64,000 bases of DNA from a virus, in IMG/VR virus record IMGVR_UViG_3300021091_000012. One strand, given 5' to 3'. The position numbers and the translations under genes were made by a program. Position 1 is the stretch's first letter. Every line of letters begins with the position of its first letter. This document shows, in pieces, positions 1-8,577 of the stretch. Under the pieces are notes generated by a model. That model did not search any database. It worked only from the letters and a program-made list of their open reading frames with translations, and was not told the origin of the DNA.

Positions 1-546
1 ACAAGCTCTAAATCCTTCTGGTCTATACTCTTCAGGATTTGTTAATACTCTCTCTAATAAGTCACGAATCATCTGTTTATCATCTTCATATGTTCTTTCA
101 GGAGCATCAATGTCTTGTGGAAAATCAGGTGACCAAGTAATTGTAATGCTTTGTTTTGGTTCAAAGGTTGCAGGGTCATATACTGTTGGCGCAAAAACAC
201 AACCATCTTTTACTGGGGCATGTAGTTCTATTGGGTCATACATAACTGGAGTGAATAATACCTTATAAACATATCCTACCTTACCTGGATGTTTGGGATC
301 TTCTTCACCTGCTAATTTGACTGATTTAACTACTATTGGTTCATTATTTTCAGATAGTCCTGAAGGCAATTCCATCCATACAATTCTATCAAAACCGAAG
401 TGCTTAATAAGCTCAGCTTCTACTTGTATTCTTTGCTCTTCTGTTAGATTATCAATACCGAAAGTATTATCTAAACTGTGGTTGTTTTCAAGTGGAGCAT
501 TTGGAGCACAAATACTCATTAGTTTTTTTGTTAATTCTGTTGTCAT
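1..546 (-). CDS. hypothetical protein, 3'-truncated by window edge (MTTELTKKLMSICAPNAP...)
   Basis: Manual translation: ATG at 546, open for 182 codons to base 1; follows thyA on the same strand; absent from the ORF track. Confidence 0.75.
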   Translation of the reverse strand, partial: MTTELTKKLMSICAPNAPLENNHSLDNTFGIDNLTEEQRIQVEAELIKHFGFDRIVWMELPSGLSENNEPIVVKSVKLAGEEDPKHPGKVGYVYKVLFTPVMYDPIELHAPVKDGCVFAPTVYDPATFEPKQSITITWSPDFPQDIDAPERTYEDDKQMIRDLLERVLTNPEEYRPEGFRAC

Positions 547-559
547 AACTTATATTTTT

Positions 560-1660
560 TTAATTAGATAAAGGTGCTTTAATTGTTGGGTGTGATTCGT
601 AATCTTCAATCTGAAAGTCTTCTATAAGCATCGTTAAAATCTCAGTACTAACGGTAAGCTCTTTAGTGTCATTCGCAGTGATCCAAAACTCATCATTTAT
701 AAATAGTTTAGGTAATGCATGCGGTTCTCTTACTATCTGTTCACGTGCTTGTGGTAAGTGATTTTCATATAAATGCACATCGCCTAAGTTACCAACAAGC
801 TCATCAGGAACCATGTTGGTCATTTTAGCTAATATCTCAAGTAATAAACCATAAGAAGCAATGTTGAATGGTAATCCTAAAAATGTATCTACTGAACGTT
901 GATTCCACATTAGAGAGATTGCTCTTTTTGGAGTTGTATCTTTAGCAATCTCCTCTACTATGTAGAGATTCTCCATCTCAACATTAGTATTCTTCATTAC
1001 CCACTGAACCTGCTCTTCCCAAGACAGTTCTCTTGTATAAACTTGAAATCCATAATGACAAGGTGGAAGAACCATTTGGTCTAATTCACCTACATTCCAA
1101 GCATTAACCATTAGTCGTCTTGAGTCTGGGTTTGTTTTAAGTTCGTTGATTAGGTTTGCGATTTGGTCTGTTACTTTAACTGCAACTTTGCAGTTTTCTT
1201 CTGTGACATTGTAAGGGATAAATTGTATCCAACTTCTCCATTGCTTGCCATACACAGGTCCGAGGTCACCCCATTTCTTAGCAAACTCATCATCTGTTTT
1301 GATTTTGTTGATGAACCATTCTTTTATATTTACCATCTGACTAGCATCGCTAATCATTTGTTCATCTGCGTTTGGATTATGTTTTATGTAGTTGGCAAAA
1401 CAATCACCATCCCAAATATGACAATCGTTGTCTATAAGATATTTGATATTGGTATCACCCCTTAAAAACCATAACAACTCTGTTACAATTCCTTTCCAAT
1501 ACATTTTCTTTGTGGTAAGCAACGGAAACCCATCTTTCATCTTGTGTCGGATCTGACGTCCGAACAATGATACGGTTTTGCCATTGCGTGTATCTTTCAC
1601 GGTGCCGGATGTTATTATTTCAAATAAAAGATCCTGGTATTGCTTGTCTAGTTGGTTCAT
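560..1660 (-). CDS. thyA: thymidylate synthase
   Basis: Motifs FPLLTTKK, ELLWFLRG, GPVYGKQWR, LPPCH and QRSVDTFLGLPFNIASY (Asn indicates dUMP specificity); carries phage-type insertions. Confidence 0.97.
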   Translation of the reverse strand: MNQLDKQYQDLLFEIITSGTVKDTRNGKTVSLFGRQIRHKMKDGFPLLTTKKMYWKGIVTELLWFLRGDTNIKYLIDNDCHIWDGDCFANYIKHNPNADEQMISDASQMVNIKEWFINKIKTDDEFAKKWGDLGPVYGKQWRSWIQFIPYNVTEENCKVAVKVTDQIANLINELKTNPDSRRLMVNAWNVGELDQMVLPPCHYGFQVYTRELSWEEQVQWVMKNTNVEMENLYIVEEIAKDTTPKRAISLMWNQRSVDTFLGLPFNIASYGLLLEILAKMTNMVPDELVGNLGDVHLYENHLPQAREQIVREPHALPKLFINDEFWITANDTKELTVSTEILTMLIEDFQIEDYESHPTIKAPLSN

Positions 1661-1669
1661 ATGTTTATT

Positions 1670-2314
1670 CTATTTATTTGTAACTATTATATTTGCTAAC
1701 ACTTTTGAATCACTAATTAGCATTTCTGTAGGTACCTTTATCATAACAGCTTTACCGCTTTTTGATTTTGTAATTAATTCATTTGAACATGATTTAACGG
1801 TACTGCCAAACCTAGTAATCGATATATAACACCCATTATCTGCACCTTCTGTTATAAATTTTGACAAGTAATCAGATTGTATAGCTGGTATATTTTTACT
1901 TAGTGTATTGTTCTTATATGATATCCAATCCAAATTATATTTTTCGCTTTCATAGAAGGTTTTGAAAATACTCTTAATAGCCAACTCTAAATTTTCAACA
2001 TCATCAAAATCAAACTGTAACTTAACAATATAATTGTCGTAGTCTTCTACAATTGATACCTTACTTATTCCTCGACTTCGTATCAACTGCAGTCTGGCTT
2101 GTTGTATTTTTTGTTTCAATTCAGGTTCCTTTATGATTGATTCTCCATTGTAGCTATCTAAAGCCAATATTGATCGCACCTTTAATTTACTAGAACTCAG
2201 GTTTACGCTATATTTGAATGTTCCTGATCCATCTGTGTTGAGATTCAAGTCTTCTACAATTTCAATACAAGAAGTTAAACAAAAAACCAAAATTAAATAT
2301 GCATACTTCACCAT
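1670..2314 (-). CDS. putative lipoprotein
   Basis: Signal peptide with lipobox LTS-C followed by IEIVEDLNLNTDGSG. Confidence 0.65.
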   Translation of the reverse strand: MVKYAYLILVFCLTSCIEIVEDLNLNTDGSGTFKYSVNLSSSKLKVRSILALDSYNGESIIKEPELKQKIQQARLQLIRSRGISKVSIVEDYDNYIVKLQFDFDDVENLELAIKSIFKTFYESEKYNLDWISYKNNTLSKNIPAIQSDYLSKFITEGADNGCYISITRFGSTVKSCSNELITKSKSGKAVMIKVPTEMLISDSKVLANIIVTNK

Positions 2315-2421
2315 TGGTTTATTAAAAATTAATTTCTTTTTCTAATTCGTTCATAACCTTTATTTTTTAAGTATTTAAGTATTATTTCTCACACTACCAA
2401 ATATTTTGCATGCTTTTTTGA

Positions 2422-2511
2422 TTATTTACGGATTGCATCTATCGCCATGACTAGTAGTACTACTATACCTACTAACATAACGATCCCTAATATTGCTTTT
2501 ACTATGATCAT
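2422..2511 (-). CDS. small membrane peptide, 29 aa (MIIVKAILGIVMLVGIVVLLVMAIDAIRK)
   Basis: Manual translation; single TM helix; fills the gap after 2515..2772. Confidence 0.5.
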   Translation of the reverse strand: MIIVKAILGIVMLVGIVVLLVMAIDAIRK

Positions 2512-2514
2512 GGT

Positions 2515-2772
2515 CTATTTATATTTTATAATTCTCTGATATTCATAATGTACTGGAATGCACACTTCAACTCCATCTTTAATGTAAACAATCTCCTTAG
2601 GAAAGTATAGATGTAGGTTCTTATTCCTTTTATACTCCAAAGGCATTACATGATACTCAGACACCACAATTGAATCTGTGTACGGTATTCTGTAGGCACC
2701 ATATGCATCACAACTCTGCTTTGAAGTTTTGCATCCAAATACTAGTGGAAGCATTAGTATTAGTTTTTTCAT
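2515..2772 (-). CDS. putative small lipoprotein
   Basis: MKKLILMLPLVFG-C lipobox-like N-terminus. Confidence 0.55.
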   Translation of the reverse strand: MKKLILMLPLVFGCKTSKQSCDAYGAYRIPYTDSIVVSEYHVMPLEYKRNKNLHLYFPKEIVYIKDGVEVCIPVHYEYQRIIKYK

Positions 2773-2773
2773 A

Positions 2774-2893
2774 TTATTCTTTATCTTCGTTATTTTTTTG
2801 TAAAATAAAATGAGCTACGAAGCAAACAACAACTACAGAAATTGCTAGTAGTTGTAGCTGACCCTCTAATGGGTGCGTCATTAGTTGTATCAT
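2774..2893 (-). CDS. small membrane peptide, 39 aa
   Basis: Manual translation MIQLMTHPLEGQLQLLAISVVVVCFVAHFILQKNNEDKE; directly behind promoter 2896-2927. Confidence 0.5.
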   Translation of the reverse strand: MIQLMTHPLEGQLQLLAISVVVVCFVAHFILQKNNEDKE

Positions 2894-2895
2894 GT

Positions 2896-2927
2896 TTGAA
2901 TATACAAATTAAAAAAGAAAAAGCCAA
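2896..2927 (-). promoter_or_regulatory. Bacteroidota sigma70-like promoter
   Basis: TTG-N20-TATATTCAA. Confidence 0.5.
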
Positions 2928-2940
2928 CAGTTGTTGGCTT
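2911..2940 (-). terminator. intrinsic terminator
   Basis: AAGCCAACA/TGTTGGCTT inverted repeat followed by a U-tract on the minus strand, at the end of 2939..4171. Confidence 0.65.
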
Positions 2941-4171
2941 ATTTTATTCCTAGATCGGATAATTCTTTTAGCGTTTTCTCAACACTAATGTGGTGTATTC
3001 CAATACCACCTCTAGCTCTCCACTGATCGATGTTTCTCTTTAGGTCATCGATAAGGATCTTATTAGGTCCTGAGAACTCTTGCTTCTTTGAAGACTTACG
3101 AAATATCACTTCAGTGTTTGAGAGGTTCTTTTTTACCCAATCTAACTTACCAGCAGGCGAGTCTGGATTATCGGCAGGTGCACTAAGTATCTTAGCACCA
3201 TGTCTACTGATAACATTCCACACTCTCTGCATTCCTGGCATCCACTTCATTGTGTTCCAAAACTTTCTATCCATCCCATCTAGTATGTCATCAAATGCAG
3301 ACTTACCAATACGACGTCTCATTGTATCCGGATCTTTCCCTTTATTGTAATCTTTCCACTGCTGCACAAAGTCACAAAGAACACCATCCATATCGCAGAA
3401 GATTTCATACTGACCTTGTTCTTCTTTTAGGTTGGATGATTTCTTAGCAGCTAGTGCTTTTTGTATCCACTCTTTACCTATTGGATTTTCTACCGGCTTG
3501 CGAACCCATCCATCTACTTTCTTTTGTACTTCTTTATCTATCAATATAGGTTCACCTGGTGCTAAGTCTTTTTCGTTGATTACTTCGAAGAAATCTTTAC
3601 CAAAATACGCTTTGTGCTTTTCTTTTGCCTTCTGAGCTTCATTCCAAATATCGATAACTAACTTCTCTGGTAACTTTCTTTCTCGGTGGTTATTTCTGTC
3701 AATAGCCTTTTCTAGTGATGTGTTAACAAACACCATACAAACATCATATCCAAAGTCCTTTTTTAAGTCTTCAGCTTGCTTTCTTGTCTTTTCTGGATCA
3801 TCACCAGTACCATCTATGATCATACCCAAACGACCGGCGATGTAGTAGGTGTAGATCGTCTTCATTTGACCCTTTGCCTTTTCTCTCGGTGAGTTAGCTC
3901 CTTTTACTATCTTATCTAACTCAGCTTTAGGTAGTGATGCTAAATCAGTTGGAAGACTGTACTTGTGCAATAGAAACTCAAAAAACTTATCACTATTAAC
4001 CGGCTTTAAACCATCAATAGAAAAGCTATCAGAAGTAACTCCAAATAATTGATTTGCAGTAGTAGTCTTGCCTGAGCCAGGACCTCCTGCTAGAAATACA
4101 CACTTCAAAATTCCGGGATCATAAACCCCTTCAGATAGTACTTCGTTGAGTATTTCTTTAAGTTTTATCAT
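2939..4171 (-). CDS. P-loop kinase (zeta-toxin/AAA_33-like) fused to a HAD 5'(3')-nucleotidase
   Basis: N-domain: FLAGGPGSGKT, VNSD, IIDGTG. C-domain: IFCDMDGVLCDF, ILIDD...NIDQW..RGGIGIHH. Confidence 0.8.
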   Translation of the reverse strand: MIKLKEILNEVLSEGVYDPGILKCVFLAGGPGSGKTTTANQLFGVTSDSFSIDGLKPVNSDKFFEFLLHKYSLPTDLASLPKAELDKIVKGANSPREKAKGQMKTIYTYYIAGRLGMIIDGTGDDPEKTRKQAEDLKKDFGYDVCMVFVNTSLEKAIDRNNHRERKLPEKLVIDIWNEAQKAKEKHKAYFGKDFFEVINEKDLAPGEPILIDKEVQKKVDGWVRKPVENPIGKEWIQKALAAKKSSNLKEEQGQYEIFCDMDGVLCDFVQQWKDYNKGKDPDTMRRRIGKSAFDDILDGMDRKFWNTMKWMPGMQRVWNVISRHGAKILSAPADNPDSPAGKLDWVKKNLSNTEVIFRKSSKKQEFSGPNKILIDDLKRNIDQWRARGGIGIHHISVEKTLKELSDLGIK

Positions 4172-4192
4172 TTAGTATAAGTATGCTTAGAT

Positions 4193-4570
4193 TTAACATC
4201 CATCAAAATAGTCTGGGAAAATATCGTCTTGCAAGGTGCTAACCGCTTCTTCTGCAGAAAGATCACCTATGACCCATTGATTAACTATATTTGAAATGTC
4301 TTCTACAAGAAACTTGTTAGAGCAATTGGGGTTCAAATTATCAGCAATATACTGCATCTTTTTATCATCACTATTACCACCATACTCTAGCAATACATTT
4401 GGTACTCTATCATGCAAGACATCGCGAAGATGTTGACCATGCTCTGTCCATTCTAAAAGAGTATTCCACATAGCGTTCCAGTCTTCATCGCCAGTTAAGC
4501 TTTCATTTGCTTGACCTTCTTCATCTTCAAAAAAGAATAGGTCTTCTTTTTCATTTATTTCATCAATCAT
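4193..4570 (-). CDS. acidic hypothetical protein
   Basis: ORF with ATGA overlap to the upstream gene. Confidence 0.65.
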   Translation of the reverse strand: MIDEINEKEDLFFFEDEEGQANESLTGDEDWNAMWNTLLEWTEHGQHLRDVLHDRVPNVLLEYGGNSDDKKMQYIADNLNPNCSNKFLVEDISNIVNQWVIGDLSAEEAVSTLQDDIFPDYFDGC

Positions 4571-5247
4571 AACGTTGGTATTAATTTATAAGCGTTTTGT
4601 CCAAATAATAACTGAGCTCTAGTATCTGCTTGAGAAAAAGCATCTACCGAGTTCTGCTTGGCAATGTCGTTGTACCGTATTATAGTTGGTACTATTTGTT
4701 GCCAGTTGGCTTGTTGAAGTATGCCTTCAACTCTTTCAGCTTCACTTGTCATATGAATTTGACAAGTAAAGTCCCATTCTATATGTACGATAGGTTGTAC
4801 TGTTTTTTTCTTCTTATCGATATAATCAATACAAAGATCTAATCCACATTTGAATTCTGCTGATAAAATTCTATATAGCTCAGGTCTACGAATTGCATAC
4901 TCTTCAACTTGCTCTGCAGCATTACCCCTAATAGGGTGTCTAAATACATAGTGGCTATGGTCTATAATCAAATCACTATGATCAGTCTGTACTATCCAAG
5001 GAAGAATAATAGCATTAGCTCCTGATACGCCTTGACCATCTTTATACCATGTCGGATCGTTTGATAGTGCTATGTTATTGTGCTTGTGGTATTCCTGCTC
5101 TACTTCATTAAGATCAAACCCTTCGTGATCAACATGACAGCTTTTGTTTAGAAGGACATCTTCTGCAACCTCCTTAGGTAGAGCGTAATGAATAGCTCCG
5201 CTAACAGATTCAATATTTAGACGGTGTGTTTTGTAATTTAGCTGCAT
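4567..5247 (-). CDS. hypothetical protein
   Basis: 226-aa ORF abutting its neighbours. Confidence 0.75.
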   Translation of the reverse strand: MQLNYKTHRLNIESVSGAIHYALPKEVAEDVLLNKSCHVDHEGFDLNEVEQEYHKHNNIALSNDPTWYKDGQGVSGANAIILPWIVQTDHSDLIIDHSHYVFRHPIRGNAAEQVEEYAIRRPELYRILSAEFKCGLDLCIDYIDKKKKTVQPIVHIEWDFTCQIHMTSEAERVEGILQQANWQQIVPTIIRYNDIAKQNSVDAFSQADTRAQLLFGQNAYKLIPTL

Positions 5248-5772
5248 TCACCAATTAGGAACATAATTATAAACTCTATGTGCATAACTATTAACACACG
5301 GACGACCGGTATTATATTCACCAAAGGCAAGTTTCCAATCCCCGTTTTTATTAAATAGTTTGCGAAGCAGCTTCATAGACGTATACACGTTATATTTTAT
5401 ATTAGTTTTTAGTTTTTCTTTAGTTACACTATCTTTATTGATCCATCGAGCTGTAGAAACCATAACCTGCATTGGACCAACTGCGCCAGCACTTGAAGTT
5501 AGTGCAGGGTTGTAATTCCAGTCTAATGGACCATTGTATGAGGTTTCTGTGTTTGCTATACCAAAAGCGTATGTTAATGGTATGTTAAATGTATCTGCGT
5601 ATGTTTTTATGTAATAGTACATTTGCAAGCATGGCGGAGACTTTTCAGTTACAAGTTGTGGAACACGCATAGTGGTTTGATTACTAGCTTGCTGCTCTTG
5701 CTCCTCTGTTAGAGTAAAAGTAGCAACAGCTAGTGCACCAATTGCAATTCCTATTTTTAGGTTACTTACCAT
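5248..5772 (-). CDS. lytic transglycosylase (SLT domain) with N-terminal membrane anchor
   Basis: IANTETSY (catalytic Glu), SSAGAVGPMQVM, AFGEYNTG. Confidence 0.88.
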   Translation of the reverse strand: MVSNLKIGIAIGALAVATFTLTEEQEQQASNQTTMRVPQLVTEKSPPCLQMYYYIKTYADTFNIPLTYAFGIANTETSYNGPLDWNYNPALTSSAGAVGPMQVMVSTARWINKDSVTKEKLKTNIKYNVYTSMKLLRKLFNKNGDWKLAFGEYNTGRPCVNSYAHRVYNYVPNW

Positions 5773-6088
5773 TTGTTACTTCTTGGTGAATACGAGCAGC
5801 GTACATATTGAAGATTGTTTGACCAATTGTATCACTGTACACAATATAACTTCCAGTTGCTCTTTCGATCATTATCAACTCACGACTCTCATTTACTGCG
5901 ATTGATATTTCTTTTGGTGAAAACGCATGAGCATATGGATTAGAGGGTTTTTTATCTGTAGTAGTGTTTCCATACTTAGCTCCTAATTTGAAAGAAGCTG
6001 TAGCAACGGCTGCAACTATGATAAGATTTAATGCAGTTTTAGCATTCTTTGCAACATACTGTGATACTGATTGAATTGTTGATTTCAT
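5762..6088 (-). CDS. membrane-anchored hypothetical protein
   Basis: Single TM segment; overlaps the SLT gene start. Confidence 0.65.
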   Translation of the reverse strand: MKSTIQSVSQYVAKNAKTALNLIIVAAVATASFKLGAKYGNTTTDKKPSNPYAHAFSPKEISIAVNESRELIMIERATGSYIVYSDTIGQTIFNMYAARIHQEVTNGK

Positions 6089-6098
6089 AACTTGTATT

Positions 6099-6362
6099 TT
6101 ATTTTTTATTTGATTTAACTGATTTTATTTTTTTATCCCAATCTTTTTTATATTCTTTATATACATGCATCTCAGAAGCAAAGGAGTCTTTGTTGAGAGG
6201 TTGAGACTTTAGTGGTTCGGTATAGTGTGTTTCTGTACCATCTGGCCACACCGTCTTACTTACCCTAATTCTTTTAATAACTGTAGGCTTCTTACAGAGG
6301 TAGCCTGCTTTACGTAGCCGCAACATGATGGCTGTCTTAATGCTGTTTTTCTTTAGTCTCAT
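6099..6362 (-). CDS. basic hypothetical protein
   Basis: ORF behind promoter 6378-6409. Confidence 0.6.
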   Translation of the reverse strand: MRLKKNSIKTAIMLRLRKAGYLCKKPTVIKRIRVSKTVWPDGTETHYTEPLKSQPLNKDSFASEMHVYKEYKKDWDKKIKSVKSNKK

Positions 6363-6377
6363 AATATTATTTTTAAG

Positions 6378-6409
6378 GTTAATATACGAAAGAAAAATTT
6401 AAAATCCAA
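6378..6409 (-). promoter_or_regulatory. Bacteroidota sigma70-like promoter
   Basis: TTG-N20-TATATTAAC. Confidence 0.55.
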
Positions 6410-6440
6410 GAAAAAACGTAAGAGTCTTTAACGGGTTATT

Positions 6441-6866
6441 TTATCCTTTTAATATTTGTTTATCGTTATCCCAAGATCCTTTTACTACGACCTTGTCAAT
6501 TCTAGAGTCGATATAACGTCTTGTGTCGTCAATTTCACGATGAATATTTTCTTCGTGCTTGTGTATCTGTTCAATCTCATTGTGAAGTGAACGGTGAGTA
6601 TCTTCCAACTCCTTATCAATCCGCTGCATGACTGTTCGTTCAACCATTGTTACGTCTTTACCGCATGCTTCGAACTGTCGCCAGATGTCATCGTGTTCAG
6701 ATTGCATATTGCGATATATGTTATCTGTTTCTCGATCTATTCTTAATGTTAGATCTTGTACTTGTTGTGTTAACTTACTTATCTTAGTCATACCTGCAAC
6801 AATAGCAATTGATATAAACGTTGCTACAATCACAAGCACACCTAAAACGAATGATGTTATTTCCAT
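6441..6866 (-). CDS. membrane-anchored coiled-coil protein
   Basis: N-terminal TM helix followed by heptad-like helical region. Confidence 0.7.
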   Translation of the reverse strand: MEITSFVLGVLVIVATFISIAIVAGMTKISKLTQQVQDLTLRIDRETDNIYRNMQSEHDDIWRQFEACGKDVTMVERTVMQRIDKELEDTHRSLHNEIEQIHKHEENIHREIDDTRRYIDSRIDKVVVKGSWDNDKQILKG

Positions 6867-6905
6867 GTTTTCTAATTTTTAATATGTCAAAGAACTCCTA
6901 CGTTG

Positions 6906-7027
6906 TAGTCAGGACAGGATTCGAACCTGTAATGGTTTATCAGTTCTTTCTTTTTGGTGGGCGGCATGGATTCCACTCCATGTCTCCCTTACTACTGATA
7001 TAGCGTCTAACATTCCGCCACCTGACT
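6906..7027 (-). ncRNA. tRNA-like RNA with a 51-nt insert replacing the anticodon loop
   Basis: Acceptor stem AGTCAGG/CCTGACT; Leu-like D arm TGGCGGAATGTTAGACGC; T arm ACAGG-TTCGAAT-CCTGT; stem TATCAG/CTGATA enclosing the insert. Confidence 0.7.
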
Positions 7028-7087
7028 ATATTGCAGGACCCGCACCCTGCTCTGGATTTGTACTTCATCCTATTTCAAGCGTTTTTG

Positions 7088-7160
7088 TTGCGGAGGCAGG
7101 ACTCGAACCTGCGATCCTAGCTTATGAGACTAGGCGGATAACCAACTTCCACACTCCGCG
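7088..7160 (-). tRNA. tRNA-Met(CAT), initiator-like C1:A72
   Basis: Acceptor CGCGGAG...CTCCGCA; anticodon arm CTAGT-CTCATAA-GCTAG; T loop GTTCGAGTC. Confidence 0.9.
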
Positions 7161-7167
7161 ATGTTTG

Positions 7168-7239
7168 TAGTCCCACGGAGAATCGAACTCCGCTTTTCAG
7201 GATGAAAACCTGGCGTCCTAACCGATAGACGATGGGACC
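7168..7239 (-). tRNA. tRNA-Glu(TTC)
   Basis: Acceptor GGTCCCA/TGGGACT; anticodon arm CCAGG-TTTTCAT-CCTGA; T arm CGGAG-TTCGATT-CTCCG. Confidence 0.92.
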
Positions 7240-7246
7240 TTATTAA

Positions 7247-7254
7247 TATAAATA
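7247..7254 (-). promoter_or_regulatory. TATTTATA motif (putative late promoter) upstream of the tRNA cluster
   Basis: Same octamer recurs in intergenic positions across the window. Confidence 0.45.
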
Positions 7255-7256
7255 TA

Positions 7257-7415
7257 TTACTGGTTTGTTTTCTGAAATCTAGGTCTCTTACCTTGGTATG
7301 TAGATTTCTCTTTTGTATTCTTAGGTGCTTGTCCGTTCTTTCCTGATACGGCACCAATCCAACTGATCCACTGCTTAAGTTGATCAACTCTTTGTTTTAC
7401 TGAAACTTTACTCAT
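7257..7415 (-). CDS. small basic hypothetical protein, 52 aa (MSKVSVKQRVDQLKQWISW...)
   Basis: Manual translation; overlaps the upstream stop and ends before the tRNAs. Confidence 0.55.
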   Translation of the reverse strand: MSKVSVKQRVDQLKQWISWIGAVSGKNGQAPKNTKEKSTYQGKRPRFQKTNQ

Positions 7416-7806
7416 TTTGTATTTGTTTATCTATTATAACTACTTCTTTTATTTCTCCGTCAATGTATTGAGAGTATCCTGCAAAGGCGACGTTGACACT
7501 GATATTTTTCATTAAATTTTCAAATTCCTCTGCAGCTCCTGCATGGGTAAAAGATCCATACTCCCAGCGTCCTGCTCCTAACATCTGAACTCTATAAGCA
7601 CCATAGCCTTTGATCTCTTCCAACTTTACAGATCCATCAACCATTGATAATCTTCTCGAATAACCACAGTTGTGACATTGTATATTTTCTTCACCAGTGG
7701 CAAACACCGTTTCCATCATTGCCTCAGTTCCGCAGTTAGGACATGCTATAATGTCTACTGTAGAAAATGGATCTTCTTGGGATTCATGCACATTCGTCAT
7801 CTCCAA
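7408..7806 (-). CDS. Zn-ribbon hypothetical protein
   Basis: CPNC...CHNC. Confidence 0.65.
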   Translation of the reverse strand: MEMTNVHESQEDPFSTVDIIACPNCGTEAMMETVFATGEENIQCHNCGYSRRLSMVDGSVKLEEIKGYGAYRVQMLGAGRWEYGSFTHAGAAEEFENLMKNISVNVAFAGYSQYIDGEIKEVVIIDKQIQNE

Positions 7807-8164
7807 ATGTTTTTATAAAATGAACTAATTTAATTAAAGTATCAAAAGTCGATATTCGAGCTTTCACTACTTCCATATATTCACAAACCCACTCCTCCAT
7901 TGGCAACCCTATATCATATAGATGAGCTACAATAGTCGAGGCAGTGAATATATCGTCTTTATCTATCTTCCTTATATACTGCTTAAGCTTTACGTCTTGT
8001 GTAAACCTATGCTTAAGGAATGCACTGAATGATAGTCGGAATACAGTGTCACGAGTCTTGTCAAAGGTTATATTAAAATAACCATCTAGCACTCCTGGTT
8101 CATATTCCGGAATGACACTAGTTACTCGTGTCTGAGTATCTTGTTGTGAGTGTTGTTCGAACAT
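7784..8164 (-). CDS. hypothetical protein
   Basis: ORF in tight minus-strand array. Confidence 0.65.
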   Translation of the reverse strand: MFEQHSQQDTQTRVTSVIPEYEPGVLDGYFNITFDKTRDTVFRLSFSAFLKHRFTQDVKLKQYIRKIDKDDIFTASTIVAHLYDIGLPMEEWVCEYMEVVKARISTFDTLIKLVHFIKTFGDDECA

Positions 8165-8333
8165 CTTGTATTATTTTTAATGTTAGTTTTTCTGGATCTC
8201 GCTTCGCCTGTTCTATGCAGTTTTGTATGAAAAGTAGTTGAAGCAATGTTGGTTCTGGTCCAACATCTGACAACGCTTTTTGCAGTTGATATCTTTCATT
8301 CATTTCGCGAAAAGCTACAAAGCGGTCTTCCAT
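8118..8333 (-). CDS. hypothetical protein
   Basis: TAATG-coupled to the upstream gene. Confidence 0.55.
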   Translation of the reverse strand: MEDRFVAFREMNERYQLQKALSDVGPEPTLLQLLFIQNCIEQAKRDPEKLTLKIIQDVRTTLTTRYSDTSN

Positions 8334-8563
8334 TATTTGTATGATCCTATTTGCTTACCATATTCGTCACACTTTTTAATCATAGCCTCATCACGTAATA
8401 TCTCAATCTTAGCAGTCAGATCTCCTGCTTCCGCGTTTCCAAAGTTTACTACGTTAGCTGCAAACTTCGATACAGTGGAATGGTTTACGCAAGTTACCGC
8501 TGTCGGTAACGCTTTTAATCTTGCTTCAGGTATCTCAATCCCGCAAACTTTACAGTATCTCAT
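8333..8563 (-). CDS. DksA/TraR-type zinc-finger protein
   Basis: CKVCGIEIPEARLKALPTAVTCVNH matches the zf-dskA_traR pattern. Confidence 0.8.
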   Translation of the reverse strand: MRYCKVCGIEIPEARLKALPTAVTCVNHSTVSKFAANVVNFGNAEAGDLTAKIEILRDEAMIKKCDEYGKQIGSYK

Positions 8564-8577
8564 ATCTTGTGCGTTTA

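Noticed and set aside
560-1660. thyA as a dCMP hydroxymethylase feeding glycosylated DNA
   Set aside because: Retains Asn in PFNIASY and canonical TS motifs, consistent with ordinary dTMP synthesis
7033-7072. Two small hairpins between the tRNA-like RNA and tRNA-Met
   Set aside because: Only 4-5 bp stems; no recognisable RNA family
7130-7387. 85-aa minus-strand ORF
   Set aside because: Runs through tRNA-Glu and tRNA-Met; the alternative frame 7257..7415 fits better
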